A stretch of 63,348 nucleotides of DNA, filler included, from Octopus bimaculoides (taxonomy: Eukaryota), in NCBI RefSeq assembly GCF_001194135.2. It is 6 parts of 5 records of this genome, joined end to end, with 100 filler letters (N's around TTAATTAATTAA, not from the genome) between each part and the next. Parts side by side here need not be neighbours in the genome. Positions count along the whole stretch, not along the records: positions 18,534 to 33,881 come from NC_068981.1; positions 33,982 to 42,156 come from NC_069003.1; 4 more parts are not named here. One strand, written 5' to 3'. Of this stretch, positions 25,576-38,770 are shown in pieces. The translations under genes were made by a program, and so were the position numbers. Position 1 is the first letter of the stretch; the number at the start of each line of letters is the position of its first letter. The notes beneath the pieces are model-generated. The model made no database searches. It was not told the origin of the DNA and worked only from the letters and a program-made list of their open reading frames with translations.

Positions 25576-25910
25576 CGTGCTCTAATCAATAAGTATCCGG
25601 ACTGTTGCGATAGTAACGAAGCTACAAACGGGCAGAGCAAAGCTGCTTGAAACTGGTTGACCTTAAATTGTGCTGTGCATGCTCACCGAATTCTGACGTT
25701 CTGACTCACTTCGGCTGTTTACACCAGTGCTTGGAAGGTAGGTGTTTGGCGTGTGATCGTTGCATTGACCATGACAGTGTACGTTTTCATCGCGATACCT
25801 GCTCAGAGCCCTACGCAAAGTTTCAGAAAGTGTACGAAGATGGGTGTATGAGCCACACGCAAACGTATGAGTGGTTCAGACGTATTTAAGGTAGCCTAAA
25901 AATGTTGATA
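25576..25910 (+). mobile_element. Mariner-type transposon 5' fragment (TIR plus N-terminal HTH)
   Basis: TA followed by cgtgctctaatcaataagtatccggact, a mariner-like terminus; EPYAKFQKVYEDGCMSHTQTYEWFRR matches the mariner transposase HTH region. Confidence 0.75.
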
Positions 25911-25969
25911 TTGATGGCTAGAAAACTATTACGAAGTAAACACGATAGGACTACAGTAAAACGTCGGGG

Positions 25970-26395
25970 AAAAAAAGCCCCTTCGTGGAAAATATTAGGT
26001 TAATTTAAATAGAAAATAAATAGACAAAACGAAATCCCAACAATGGCTGAGAACCTCAGAAATCAGAGCAGAGACTGAAGGGTTTTTAATTGCAGTTCAA
26101 GATCAAGCCTTCCCACCAGAAATTGTCAAAAGCATGTAATGAGAAGAAACAACAAGAAACTGCAGAATATGTGGTGACGGAGAAGGAACAATAAATCATA
26201 TTGTCTCTGGATGCCCAGTCCTGGCTAAGAACGAATATAATCACAGACACGACAGAGTTGGGACATATGTACACTGGAAGCTATGCCAACACTATGGAAT
26301 AACAATAGAAAAAGATGGTATAGGCACACACCGGAAATGGTCATAGAAAATGAGAAAGCAACCTAACTCTGGGACATGACAATACAAACAGAGAA
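25970..26395 (+). mobile_element. R4/Dong-type LINE fragment: CCHC knuckle and start of REL endonuclease
   Basis: KPLRGKY, QWLRTSEIRAETEGFLIAVQDQ, CRICGDGEGTINHIVSGCPVLAKNEYNHRHDRVG, LWDMTIQT; frameshifted; ends at (TAA)n. Confidence 0.9.
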
Positions 26396-26397
26396 AC

Positions 26398-26448
<51 letters not shown>

Positions 26449-26511
26449 TAATAATAATAATAATAGAAACTATTATTATTATTACTATTATTAGCATTAT
26501 TATTATTATTA

Positions 26512-26979
26512 AGCAGTCTTATTTGTAAAGCGAGCTTTCACTTCACTACCGAGTGCAGCTCTGTGTGCCTTGGGTGTATTGAAAGTGTTTTGCGTAGGAT
26601 ATCTGCAGTGCCCAGTAGTGCAATTTTTTGTATATTATATATATTTCTAAGTCCTGGTGTTTTTGTTATGTATTTGTCTAAATATTTTTCTATCATACCT
26701 AATGCACCTACTATGATAGGATTTGTTTCTGTTTTTAGATTCCACATTCGAGCTACTTCTATTTCCAGGACTTTGTATTTTGAAAGTTTTTGCATTTCTT
26801 TTAGGGAAATGTTGTCATCTGCTGGTATTGATACATCAATTATAAAGCATTTTTTTCTTCATGAACTCTGACAAATACATCTGGCCTATTGGCCTTAATT
26901 TCTCTTTCTATGTGTATTGGCATATCCCAGAGTTTGGTTGCTTTCTCGTTTTCTGTGTCCTATTCGGCGTGTGCCTGCT
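26512..26979 (-). mobile_element. R4/Dong-type LINE 3' end (REL endonuclease plus 3' UTR)
   Basis: NRPDVFVRVHEEKKCFIIDVSIPADDNISLKEMQKLSKYKVLEIEVARMWNLKTETNPIIVGALG (PD-(D/E)xK-type); 3' UTR matches 40662-40760 and abuts (TAA)n. Confidence 0.9.
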
Positions 26980-28010
26980 CGAATTAAGTGGTCTTGGTTT
27001 ATTTCAGACATTACTCTGGCTGTAAGGGCTTTCAAAGAATATTTACTATTATGGACGTGTTCATTGACCTCTCTCTTATCAACACTCCACATGTAATAGT
27101 CGAATGGTTTGAGATCTGGAGTATTAGGAGGCCAAATTTTAGGGGTCATGTGATCATGAACATTTTCAGCCCTCAATTCCTGTGTTACCATATCCATGTT
27201 TGATAGTGCAGAGTCTTACTGAAACTTATATGGCCTTCCATTGAATGCACTTAACAATTATTTCGAGTCCCTCAATGTAGGCAGCAGAGTTAACTCTAAG
27301 GCCTTTCAGAAAGAAATAAGGAGGCATCACATGTCCTTCATTGCTGACAACTCCTAAAACCATGACAGTTGCAGGAAAAGTCGCATGCATAACACTTGGA
27401 ACGCCATTTCTTCTGTCATTTCTTCTGTTAAGTCGAACTTTTTCTCGTTTGATAAAAACCAAATCAAATCTTCTCCTGGATTTTTCATTTTCTTTAAGAG
27501 CATTTTAAATCTGATGCAGTGATTTTCTTTGGCTTTTTCTGACAAATTGACCTTTCCATATCATACAAAACTTATATCTGGTGACTTCGTGGACAACATT
27601 TTTGACTGTTCTTTCAGACACATGGTGATCTGTTGCAACTGGCATCATGGACTTACTAGGATTGTAATCAATGGTCTGTTGAAGTTGCTAGGATAAATTC
27701 AAGTATTATGATGATTTCAGAGCGTTTAGAATGCATTTTATGATTTGATAATGGTGACACCTTTCCATCATCAGTCTGTAGCTCTTTGCATCATCAGTCT
27801 GTAGACGAAAGATTTGGCAATTTTTAAAAATCGAGATATTTCTAAATCACTATGCTAACCTTCATAACCACAATATCAGCATGCCTCTTCATTTCATGAG
27901 TAAGATGACGGTCTCCCATTATTATTTTCTGAAGCAACGATTAATCAGAGTTAGCAAACAATGCAGCAATGATCCGAAATAGGTGTGTCCATAAATAACT
28001 TACGTACCCC
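26980..28010 (-). mobile_element. Decayed Tc1/mariner-superfamily transposon (maT/DD37D-like), 3'-truncated
   Basis: EMKRHA...SDLEISRFLKIAKSFV N-terminus, FLSNEKKFD, FPATVMVLGVVSNEGHVMPPYFF, WPPNTPDLKPFDYYMW. The subfamily call is from motif recollection only. Confidence 0.85.
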
Positions 28011-28113
28011 ATATATATGAGTATTATAAATTTTATATTCCAGTTCGTGAAAGAAGTACACATATTCAACTCACAAACCTCCTGACTTTGGGTTTACACA
28101 CACATGCACGCAG

Positions 28114-28162
<49 letters not shown>

Positions 28163-28164
28163 TG

Positions 28165-28197
<33 letters not shown>

Positions 28198-29194
28198 NNN
28201 NNNNNNNNNNNNNNNNNNNNNNNNNNNNNNNNNNNNNNNNNNNNNNNNNNNNNNNNNNNNNNNNNNNNNNNNNNNNNNNNNNNNNNNNNNNNNNNNNNNN
28301 NNNNNNNNNNNNNNNNNNNNNNNNNNNNNNNNNNNNNNNNNNNNNNNNNNNNNNNNNNNNNNNNNNNNNNNNNNNNNNNNNNNNNNNNNNNNNNNNNNNN
28401 NNNNNNNNNNNNNNNNNNNNNNNNNNNNNNNNNNNNNNNNNNNNNNNNNNNNNNNNNNNNNNNNNNTATATATATATATATATATACACTAGCAAACAAA
28501 TCATTACAGAGACATTGGGTTAATCTCCCCCCCCTGCATACAAGAGAGAACCAATTCAAACACTTATATAGATACGCAAAAAAATATATTGATTATTGAT
28601 TGCAGACTCGAGAAAGTTTCAGCAATATTTGTTGTTAGAGATCAAAACGTGTAGCGTTCTAGGGTTATTCCCCATTCCGCATATTGTTGGTTTGAGTAGC
28701 AGGAAATTATAAGTGTCCATTTACTATGTGATGTTTCCATGCATTTTGAAAGAATAGTGTTTATGTTTATGTTTCTGTGTGCATCGTGTTCTTGAATTAA
28801 GTAGTATAAGCGTATACAGTTCCTTTGTTAATTATCTACAGGATATTGAAAACTAAAATGAAATAGTATGCAATTATCATTTATTTTCTCGGAACTATCA
28901 CTGTCAAAATGTCAGTTAAGTTATTGCTATTTGTGAACAGTTGTTGTAGTTGCATTTGTTTTGTATTTTATTAATTGTATTTTTTAAAAATATATTTTAC
29001 TTTTTTTTTTAAATTCTAGCAATTGCATTCTTTCCCCCATTTTCTAACATTTGTCTGCTCAACATAATTGCTATTTTCTGTTTATTTCGAAATAAATTGT
29101 ATTTCTAGTTAAGATCATGTTAGGGATTCGAAGCATTGCAATGCTGAAATAACGAGAAAATGACTCAATACAATTATACCAATGTATTTATAAG

Positions 29195-29276
29195 GTGTCT
29201 GACAATCGGTACGTATGGCAGATGGTAACAAATTTAATCGCGTAGAAACTGATACTGGCATCGTGTTGTTACAGAG
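29195..29276 (+). CDS. Candidate exon with start codon at 29215 (MADGNKFNRVETDTGIVLLQ...)
   Basis: tttataag acceptor, in-frame upstream stop, ATG, strong AG|gtgaga donor (phase 2). No family recognised. Confidence 0.25.
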
Positions 29277-30349
29277 GTGAGAAAATTATATATGAAAAAT
29301 TAAATAAATTACAAGAAAAAAATAACTCCTCACCTCGCTTTCAATCAACAGATCGATGTTAACATTTGTATGGTACACTTGACAATAACTTGCTCTTGCT
29401 TTCATGCTTTGTATCACATTTAGCTAAACTAAGCTCATGCCGCTGTTATCAGAGAATCCATTTAGCAACCCAAAATCCAGCCAATCTTGAAGCATGTTAT
29501 TGATCAGTATAAAGAATCTAAATAACATTGTTTTATTTTCATTTTTCCAACAAATTTTATTTGTCGATTTATTAGGCTTCCTTTATGAAATACCGAGTTT
29601 TCCTATCATTCAAAAACCACTGAAGTCTTAAACGCTGTCTGAAGCTGATGGTTTCATTGCTAAATATATCTTCTAATTATTCGATCAATGTATTTGTTGT
29701 AAGATATAAAGCAATAAGGAAAAATAACTTGTTTTTCTTTTTTTAAAAACCTTTCTTACATTTTCCAATGTAGTTTGATCAACAAGAAAAGGATACATCA
29801 GAACGCCATGCAAATATAATATACACTCTCTCTTCCACTCACTCTTCCCTCCTCTCTCCCAGTAACGCTTTCACACGCTCATTCTCTCCTTGTAACGCTT
29901 TCACATTCACACACATAGACATACATATATTTATATATGTGTGTGTGTGTATGCGTGTGTATGTATATGTGTGCATATGTGTAAGTGTATATTCAATTTC
30001 TCAGTATGTTGATTTCAATTATCTTTCTTCTCTTCCACATTCAAATAAGTAATATATGCTATTGATATGTTCAAATAATTCCAGAATTATATTATTGAAT
30101 TCAAAATTTTTATTTGAGTATCTTGATGCAAACATTAGATTTTTGAAGTCAAATAGATTTTCCAGTTCCATCAATTAATGCTCATGCCTCAAAATTCGTA
30201 TAACTTTCGTTTTATACATACATATAAGCATACATACATAAATACATACATACATGAGAGCGCATTTACACACACACACGTATAAACACATACAGATACA
30301 CAAATACATTATATACGAATATATATCAACCAAGACGTTATGAAGTACC

Positions 30350-30716
<367 letters not shown>

Positions 30717-31972
30717 GAAACATAAGTGTGTATCCCTTTATAAACGATGAATCTTGAAGCAGACGTTGCTATAAATAATAGCGGGTAGATACCGCGTTTT
30801 TAATGCTTTCTAGAAGAAAAGTGAAAGCCGGTCATTGGGCTCGAGCACACATCTGTTGTACTTTAATTTTACTTGTATTACAATTATTTACAATAATTGT
30901 CGCCTTTCAGAATTTTGTCGTTCTTGTTTTGTTATGTTTTTTTCTTTACGAGGAGTGTATTATTATTTGAGTATAATCATTGAATTTGGTCTAAGAAAAT
31001 GTATTTGCTAATATTGAGTCCATTCTTCAATTTCATTTTGGCTTCTTACCTTTATCAAAATGAAATATCTTTGCCTCAGTTTCCGTTAAACTTTTCATAA
31101 ATGTTTAACAACGTTTATGGTGGAACTTTATTAACACATTCAAATTTGGAATTGCTCGATGCCTGGGATAAAAATTTTCTCTAAACAGACTATGGATGTA
31201 CGGGATACGTAGAGTGATTTATACATAGTACCTCATAGGAGTGAGATATAAATGGTATAGTAGGTTGAAATTGGCAGTTACTCACATGGCAGACTTCGTA
31301 ATTTTTATAATGATTTGCTTATAGCGAACATCAAGGAAACCGTATGTCTCCATAAAGAAGGTCTTTACCCATCATTTTCCTCCATAATTTTTGAGTGGAA
31401 AAAAAAAGCAACAACTACAGACATATTCCTAGTTCAGATAGTTTGCACACATTGTTTCCAAAGACTCCATGTCTGTTATTTCTAAACTATCTTAGATAAG
31501 TATCGGATTCTTTTAGAAGGCTCAGAAAATGCTTTTGTTTACATATCGAGTTCATCTACAGAATAGAGTGTGGTGTCTTTCTTTGAAAACTATAATTTTA
31601 TTCAAATGGTGGGATAGAATTATGAACTCAAATGTCTTCCATTCAAGAACTGCCGGTACAATTGAGTCATTACTCTATATGCAACGACTGAGATTGCTAG
31701 TAATTCTACTGTCCATGTTACAATAGCTTCTATTCGTTGGATATTCTATGATCACTTACAACAATGACCAGCTTGGAATACATAATTAGAATTTGAATTA
31801 CCGCTTGGAAACCAATTGGGAGATCACGAATAACCTATCTTCAAGAGTGCAAATCTTGATTAATTGACTTTATGCAGCGGAAACAGAAACAACACTGTGT
31901 GAAAATGTGAGGAAAGCGGTATATATTGTGTGACGTCTTATTCAATCCAATATTTATATGTCTCGTCTGCAG

Positions 31973-32026
31973 CAAACTCAAATGTACATCAGAGCTCGAT
32001 ATATAAAAGAGCTTGCCCAACCACAG
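31973..32026 (+). CDS. Candidate 54-nt symmetric exon
   Basis: gtctcgtctgcag acceptor and CAG|gtaatg donor; open as QTQMYIRARYIKELAQPQ or NSNVHQSSIYKRACPTT. Confidence 0.3.
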
Positions 32027-32474
32027 GTAATGTGCCCCTGCATTGGAATTAACGGACAACTAATATCAAATAATGAACATTCATGGTTTGTGTATTTTTA
32101 CTGATTTAATTGTAAGTGTAAACTGTATTTTGCATCGTTGGTCAACGAATATGTCTATGTATTATTGGTTAGAATTTGTTGAATTCGTTCCCCTTTCATT
32201 TCAAAATTATTTACTAAGGATTATATGTTCACGCATTGTTTCAGAGAGGGCTATTCGCAACATATATTTTGTAATTCAGTATATCAAAGAACACAAATAA
32301 CACAAATCTACTCAATAGCATATTCTTCAATTGTTATTAAACTAATCCTTAAACTGTAAAAAATAAGACATTCCTCTTGCATTAAATCTTCATATCCATA
32401 ACAAATTTCTTATTCTGTACCTTATTTACATTATTTACATTTAACAGATGTTTGTTCTCATCTTGTTTGTTGTT

Positions 32475-32519
32475 AACACAACTTTCGACTGATATACCCT
32501 CCAGCCTTCATCAGGTGAC
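32475..32519 (-). ncRNA. Hammerhead-like motif, family 2 (core intact, helix III C missing)
   Basis: gtcac-CTGATGA-A-GGCTG-gagggtatat-CAGTC-GAAA-GTT-GTGTT. Confidence 0.6.
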
Positions 32520-32612
32520 TTGGGGAAATTTCGAACATGAGTTCTCATTCCTAAGGTATTTTCGAAGTTATTATATCTTAGAAATGAGAATCCACGTTCA
32601 AAATTTCCCCAA

Positions 32613-32658
32613 GACAACTAATGAAGGCTGGAGGGTAAATCAGTCGAAACGCTGTGTT
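32613..32658 (+). ncRNA. Hammerhead-like motif, family 2 (G5>A and U16.1>C, degenerate)
   Basis: gacaa-CTAATGA-A-GGCTG-gagggtaaat-CAGTC-GAAA-CGCT-GTGTT. Confidence 0.5.
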
Positions 32659-34064
32659 AACAACAAACAAAATGACGGCAAATATCTGCCAAATGTAAAT
32701 AATGTACGTAATTCCTAATCTGTTAAATATAGGACTATAGTCTCAGTCTGTGTTTCGTCTCCTATATATGGGTGACAAATAACACACTACAAATCATTGT
32801 GTACGTTGATCCATCAGTGTCACAAGAGTATGAGTGTGTGTGTGTGTAATTCTGTGTGCACGCGCGAGAAACGTGCGTGCGTCTATAGTGAGACAGAAAA
32901 GGTCAGAGAGGGAGAGACACAAATATAGAGATTGAGAAAGAAGGAGAAAGAGAGAGGGAGGGAGAGATTTAGGGTGGGTAGGAGGGGAGCGATGTATATT
33001 TGGCATTAAGTATTGAAATGCTAATGTTTATTTTAGAAGGTAATTATTAGTGGTTAAATTTCAGTTTTACTATTCATTTACTAATTCATTAATATAATTA
33101 AAATGAGATTTAATTTCGAAAGTTCATGTTAATGAAGCAAAAATCACAATCAGCGTTACGAGAAATTCTGGGCGAACATATCAAAGGTCGTTACATGTTT
33201 TGTTTTATAATCAATTTATCAATCGCATAATCTAGTCTTAAATATTTGTTTGTTTCTGTCCAGTGTCAAATGTGTGAACAATTACGGCTAATACATGCAT
33301 TGAAAATAGCAAAAAAATAGCTAAAATACTGAACATTAGAAAAACAAATGCGATGCATACGATGCTGGTGGAGCTAGAGTACGTCCCCCTCAACAAACTC
33401 TCAGTAATAAAGAAGAAAGATGAATGAAATCACCAAACATTGTTTTGAGAATGTGCGACCTTAGAGAATTTTAACAGAAAGCCACACATGTTTCAGACTA
33501 TGCTCTTTAACACATACATATATACGCGTACATAAACTCACATACTTATAGGTAGGCAGATATGATATATAGACATATATCAATTATATATATATATATA
33601 TATAAGTCAGTAAATAGTGGGGTTGTGTTAACCGCACGTGGAGAAATAATAGGAAAATGAAAAAAAGCCAGAATGCTTAACTGGAAGCATATTTTAATAA
33701 AGATTTCTTCTAACCGGTTTTCATTGCGAAACAAATTTTCAAGAAGAGGGAGAATGAAAATGTTTTTTTACAAAGAAGTACAAACTGAAGAAAATAATAT
33801 ATAAAACAATAATATATAAAAAAATAAATATACCCATACATTATATTGTCTTTGAGCTTTTGAAGTCCAATAGTAGTTCATNNNNNNNNNNNNNNNNNNN
33901 NNNNNNNNNNNNNNNNNNNNNNNNNTTAATTAATTAANNNNNNNNNNNNNNNNNNNNNNNNNNNNNNNNNNNNNNNNNNNNGTAGTAGTAGTAGTAGTAG
34001 TAGTAGTAGTATCACATTATTTTTATTAGAGTCATTTTACTTTTTTTTAGAAATAATTATATTA

Positions 34065-34069
<5 letters not shown>

Positions 34070-34146
<77 letters not shown>

Positions 34147-34350
34147 TAATCTTATCAATAATATTCTAAACTTTACCGATGTTGATGCTGATGTTGACTG
34201 CACTTGATGAAGATTTGGTGCCAATGTGCCGCTACTGCTGCTACTGCTGCTACTGCTGCACCTGCTGCTGCTGCTGCTACCCCTGTTGCTGTTACTGCTG
34301 CTAATGATGATGATGATGATGACGATGATGATGATTCCGATGTTGATGAT
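34070..34350. repeat. (ATT)n, (GCT)n and (GAT)n microsatellites
   Basis: Direct inspection. Confidence 0.9.
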
Positions 34351-37300
34351 ATTCTAGAAAGAGAACGATAATGTAATAAATCAAAATAAAATAAATACAA
34401 AAACACAAATCATAAAAAAATTAATTTAATTTTATTATTTTATCTCTTTTTTACTTTCAATTTTATGTGTTCTTTATATTCCATGATTAAGGTACCAAAA
34501 AGTAAATATTTTACTATTTTTATTTATAGATATTTGTCTGTAATTTTTTTTTTTAATAATTTATAAAATCTTTGTTAAATGTTTAGTTTTCATGAACGTA
34601 TTTTTGTTTGTTGGTTTTTTTTTTCTTTGTTGTATGCTGGTTGGTATTCGTGTTTTCGTTTTTGGTTTTGCTTTTGGAGTATTTTCATTGTCATTCATTC
34701 TCCGAAATTCATTTCGAATTTTCAGCTTTGTTTAATTAGAAATTGTAATTTTCATTTGAATTCCAATATCATTCACGATTTGAAAACTTCAAATAGTAAT
34801 ATAATCCAAAAATTAATCATTAACCTGAATTTTATTTCCTTTGTATATTGATTTGCCATTTTTTTTTCGTTAGAATTTTTGGTTTTCTTTCTAACAATTC
34901 TATAAAAAAATAGTCAGAATTATTTTATGTCATGGTATTGCTGTTGTTGTTGTTTTTGCACGTTCTTTGTTGTTAATGATGTAGATTGTTCTTTAGCCCC
35001 GAGTCTGCCGTATTCAAGAAGATTGAGGAACAAAACCGTGGCAGACGTAGTCACTGGTGTTTCGCTTTTTTTTTTTTCTATTTAGAAATATTAAAATACG
35101 TTGTTCTCTTCCAAAAGACATCAGTGTATAATTTCAGAAAATATCCCATGATAATTCCAGATTAGTTATTTGAACGACACCGTTGATATACGATGATGCT
35201 GCTGTCGTTTACGATGATTGAGTTCTGTAGACCTTCATCAGAGAAAAGTTCATTTGTTAACAATAATTGTCTGTGGTACAGAGAATACAAAAATATTGCC
35301 TTAAAATTTTGTTACCTAACCAAGATCGGGGGAAGAGCTAAGTCGATGATATCGATCTCAGTTCGCAACTGGTACTTATTTTGTCGACCCGTCTGAGTAA
35401 AGGCTAAAACACAATTCTACTGATCCACAATTCAAACACCTCTAAGGTGAAGGTCACATTATCTTAGGAGAGCCGATAGCAACCTGCTTTACTCATTCAA
35501 CACTACCAAATTGTGTTCAACTTAGTGTGATATTCTGATATCAGAAAACAAAGACTAAGGCGATATCACAATATTGTATGCTCTGTTGCTTGATGGTAAT
35601 TCACGCTTCACGCGTTCTGGAATAATGAACGATAACCAAAAACGAATCCTTCTTTAAGTCAAGGAGTAACGGACACTTAGGTGCAGATTATAAGAATGCC
35701 ATAAATGACACAGAACCACATTGGTATTAATATTCTACCGACTTAAAATGGAATAAATGCATTACAGAATATCGGTTTTAATATACCATGCAGTCCATTA
35801 AAATTTCTAGCTTTGTACCCAGTTTAGTATTCTTTTGAATGTAACATGCAAACACTAAACATTTTAGGCTTTGACTAATGCTGCAATACATATAAATATA
35901 TTAGTCACTAAAGGTTGTCTCGACCTGCTAAAACCTGCAGAAGAATATCGACATCTCGAAAAAGGAAATACACATTGGAACATATATAGTTTTGATTACC
36001 AGTTCCTATTAAACCAGAACATAACTTTACGAATATGATCAAACGTAAAAAATATATTTGCCCTTTCAGTAACATGCAGAAACCTTCATAGATTACAAGT
36101 CGGATGCCTCGAATAGATTTTAGTGAGAAAAAAAACAACAACCCTCGGATACATGTAACAGCGATCCGCAACCCCTCCATAAAGCAGACATATATATTAT
36201 ACAGTTATACATATTATACACATATTATATAAGCAATTTTGAGGCTTACCTGAGTTTTAATAGAAATAGAGAAATATCACACTATGATAAAGAAAGGGGA
36301 AAGCGCTTAGGGTATGAAGGAAATAGGAAATAAAGAAGCGTATATANNNNNNNNNNNNNNNNNNNNNNNNNNNNNNNNNNNNNNNNNNNNNNNNNNNNNN
36401 NNNNNNNNNNNNNNNNNNNNNNNNNNNNNNNNNNNNNNNNNNNNNNNNNNNNNNNNNNNNNNNNNNNNNNNTATATATATATATGTATGTATATGCATAT
36501 ATATATATATATATACATACATACACAGACATATACGTATATACATATATATGTATATATATAGATATGTATGGATTCGATAAAATTTCAAGCTAATTGT
36601 ATTTAAAAGCATTTTAAAATAGATATATTTGAACATGCGATTTCATCTAATTTCATTTAAGCTTCTTATCTCTTGGCATTTCACTCTTCAAGAATCCAGA
36701 AGCATATCATAGGCATATTTATAATCGATGGACAAACTGTCGGAGATTTGTGTCACTTGAGAGTATTCGGAAGTATTAAGTAATCTATCTGTGCTATTTT
36801 CTGTGATCCATTGTGGAAGAAAATATACTTGAACAAAGAAACTACACTTGTAGTGCATGGTAAGTTACAGAAATGGAAAAATGCACTCTTGCCCTCTCCC
36901 CACATCTCTCTATCTATTTATACATGTATATATATATATATATAATATATATNNNNNNNNNNNNTATATATATATAGAAAGGTTATGAAGGGTAATAGTA
37001 TAGTTCCATATAAAGGTAATACCGAGTAAGTGCTGTATACCGACCAGTTTTGCTTTGCAGCAGAGGGGATTATTATTAACATGGATGTCTAAGGGACAGA
37101 TATCTTATAATTTATAGCCATCTGGTGTCACCCAATGACGTCATACGTGTATGTTCTTACTGTTTCTGCTGGTGTTGTTGTTGTTGTTCTTATTGACACC
37201 CCAACCTTGGAATCAATACGAAGTTGGTCAGCTGATATTAGGCGCTCTTCTTGACACTGTTTAACCCAAGGTTAGTGAGTGGTGGCCATACGTTCTTAGT

Positions 37301-37379
37301 TTCTGTCTTTGCTTATAATTCCATTCATATCTTGAATGATTTCTGGACATATTAAATCGACTCAATCATTTGACAGGCA

Positions 37380-38170
37380 TATTATTTTATCCATTCCGGA
37401 AGGATGAAAGCTATTACATTTCCGTACACACATTTATAAGAATAGTAAACCTATTCCATTATTTGTCTAATTGTCTATTTTATCAAATTCGGAAGATCAA
37501 ATGTAAAGTTGGTCTTCATTTATAATTACATTGACACATGTGAGACATTATAGAGATACTAAATCCACCAAATATTTGGCTGGTACTTTATTCTTATGAT
37601 CCTCGTTGAATGAAAGATGTTAACTCTTCGTCTTCTATTACAATTTCATTGGCATCTAAGGTCATCTACAGGAATATTAAAGCCGCCCCTGTATTTAACT
37701 ATCAATGTTGCATCGACCCCTGAAGGACGGAAGTTAAATTTAGGCTTAGCTCTCTATTATAATTCCATTCTCTTTTAGGATGATTTATAGGACTATTAAT
37801 TCGACTCAGTAAATGACTAGCAGTTTGTTTTATCGACCCGAGAAGGATAAAAGTTAAATTTAGTGTTAGTCTTCTATTATAATAATTCCGCTCAATTCTC
37901 AAATGATTTATAACATTCATCTTAGATGTCAATGGAATTATATTAGAAAGCTAAGAGTTAATATCACCTCTCATCTCTCCAGGGTTATTATAAGGCACCG
38001 TCCAATTGGTTGCTCATTGACCTTCCGAAGTATGAGAGTTAAATTTATCTTCTATTATTATTCTATTCACATCATGAGAGATTTATAGGACTACGAAATC
38101 CACTACAATAGTTGACTATTATTTGTTTTCACCGACCCAAGAATAATGAAAAGTAATCGACCCCGGCGTT
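37380..38170. repeat. Degenerate tandem array of about seven ~100-120-nt units containing a group C SINE-like core
   Basis: Variants of tttatcgacccc(g)aaggatgaaag(ttaaattt) near 37385, 37478, 37590, 37712, 37831, 38016 and 38130, often followed by tcttctattata...gatttataggacta. Confidence 0.7.
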
Positions 38171-38639
38171 ATTTGGACCCCAAAATGAAAAGGTGGAGAC
38201 TAATAACTACAGTCATTTTGACTGTCTAAACATTCTTTCAGTCCATTTTTTTTCAATGCGTGTACATCATCGTTGTTAATTTCCATCGCACTTCCGAAGT
38301 ACTAATCTATCATTTTGTAATTGTCTCTCACTGTTTACTCTAGAGGTACTATATTATATTAACTCCATCCATTTGAAGTTAGTGATTTTAATACTATTTT
38401 TAAAAACGATAAATAACATTCGTCGAAAAATGGATTCGATACTTGAGCGACGTCTAAATCGTTTATTAATAATTCCTTAACCTGGATAATCCCATAAATT
38501 ATCCATGTTGGCAACGCAAGCATAATGGAAGACCCAGACCAGCTTTACCTTCTATTCTTACGAGAAGCGTTAAATTAAAGCACCAGTCAAATAATGGATC
38601 GATTTAATAGCGTTATAAATCATCCTTGATATGACCAGA

Positions 38640-38770
38640 GTTCCAATATAGCGCCCTGGGGGGGGGGTAGCCACAGTTAAAATGACTGTCATGCGGAGGA
38701 ACTACGATTTCGAAGTTGTGGCGGCAACGGCTATGAGAGGGACGCTGGCGGCGAAATGTTGAGATTCGAC
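38640..38770. promoter_or_regulatory. Short CpG/GC-rich patch, possible promoter or 5' UTR
   Basis: Locally dense CpG and gcggc motifs, tagcgccc, G-run and near-palindrome aactacgatttcgaagtt; not part of a repeat seen elsewhere in the window. Confidence 0.25.

Larger units (their letters stand above)
32424..32710. mobile_element. Palindromic (head-to-head) Penelope-like/retrozyme-like repeat with a hammerhead motif in each arm
   Basis: About 135-nt arms in inverted orientation around a ~19-nt spacer; the arm is homologous to 38990-39125. Confidence 0.75.

Noticed and set aside
37380-38170. Repeat-spacer appearance suggestive of a CRISPR array
   Set aside because: Eukaryotic context, highly diverged SINE-derived cores, homologous spacers and no cas genes.
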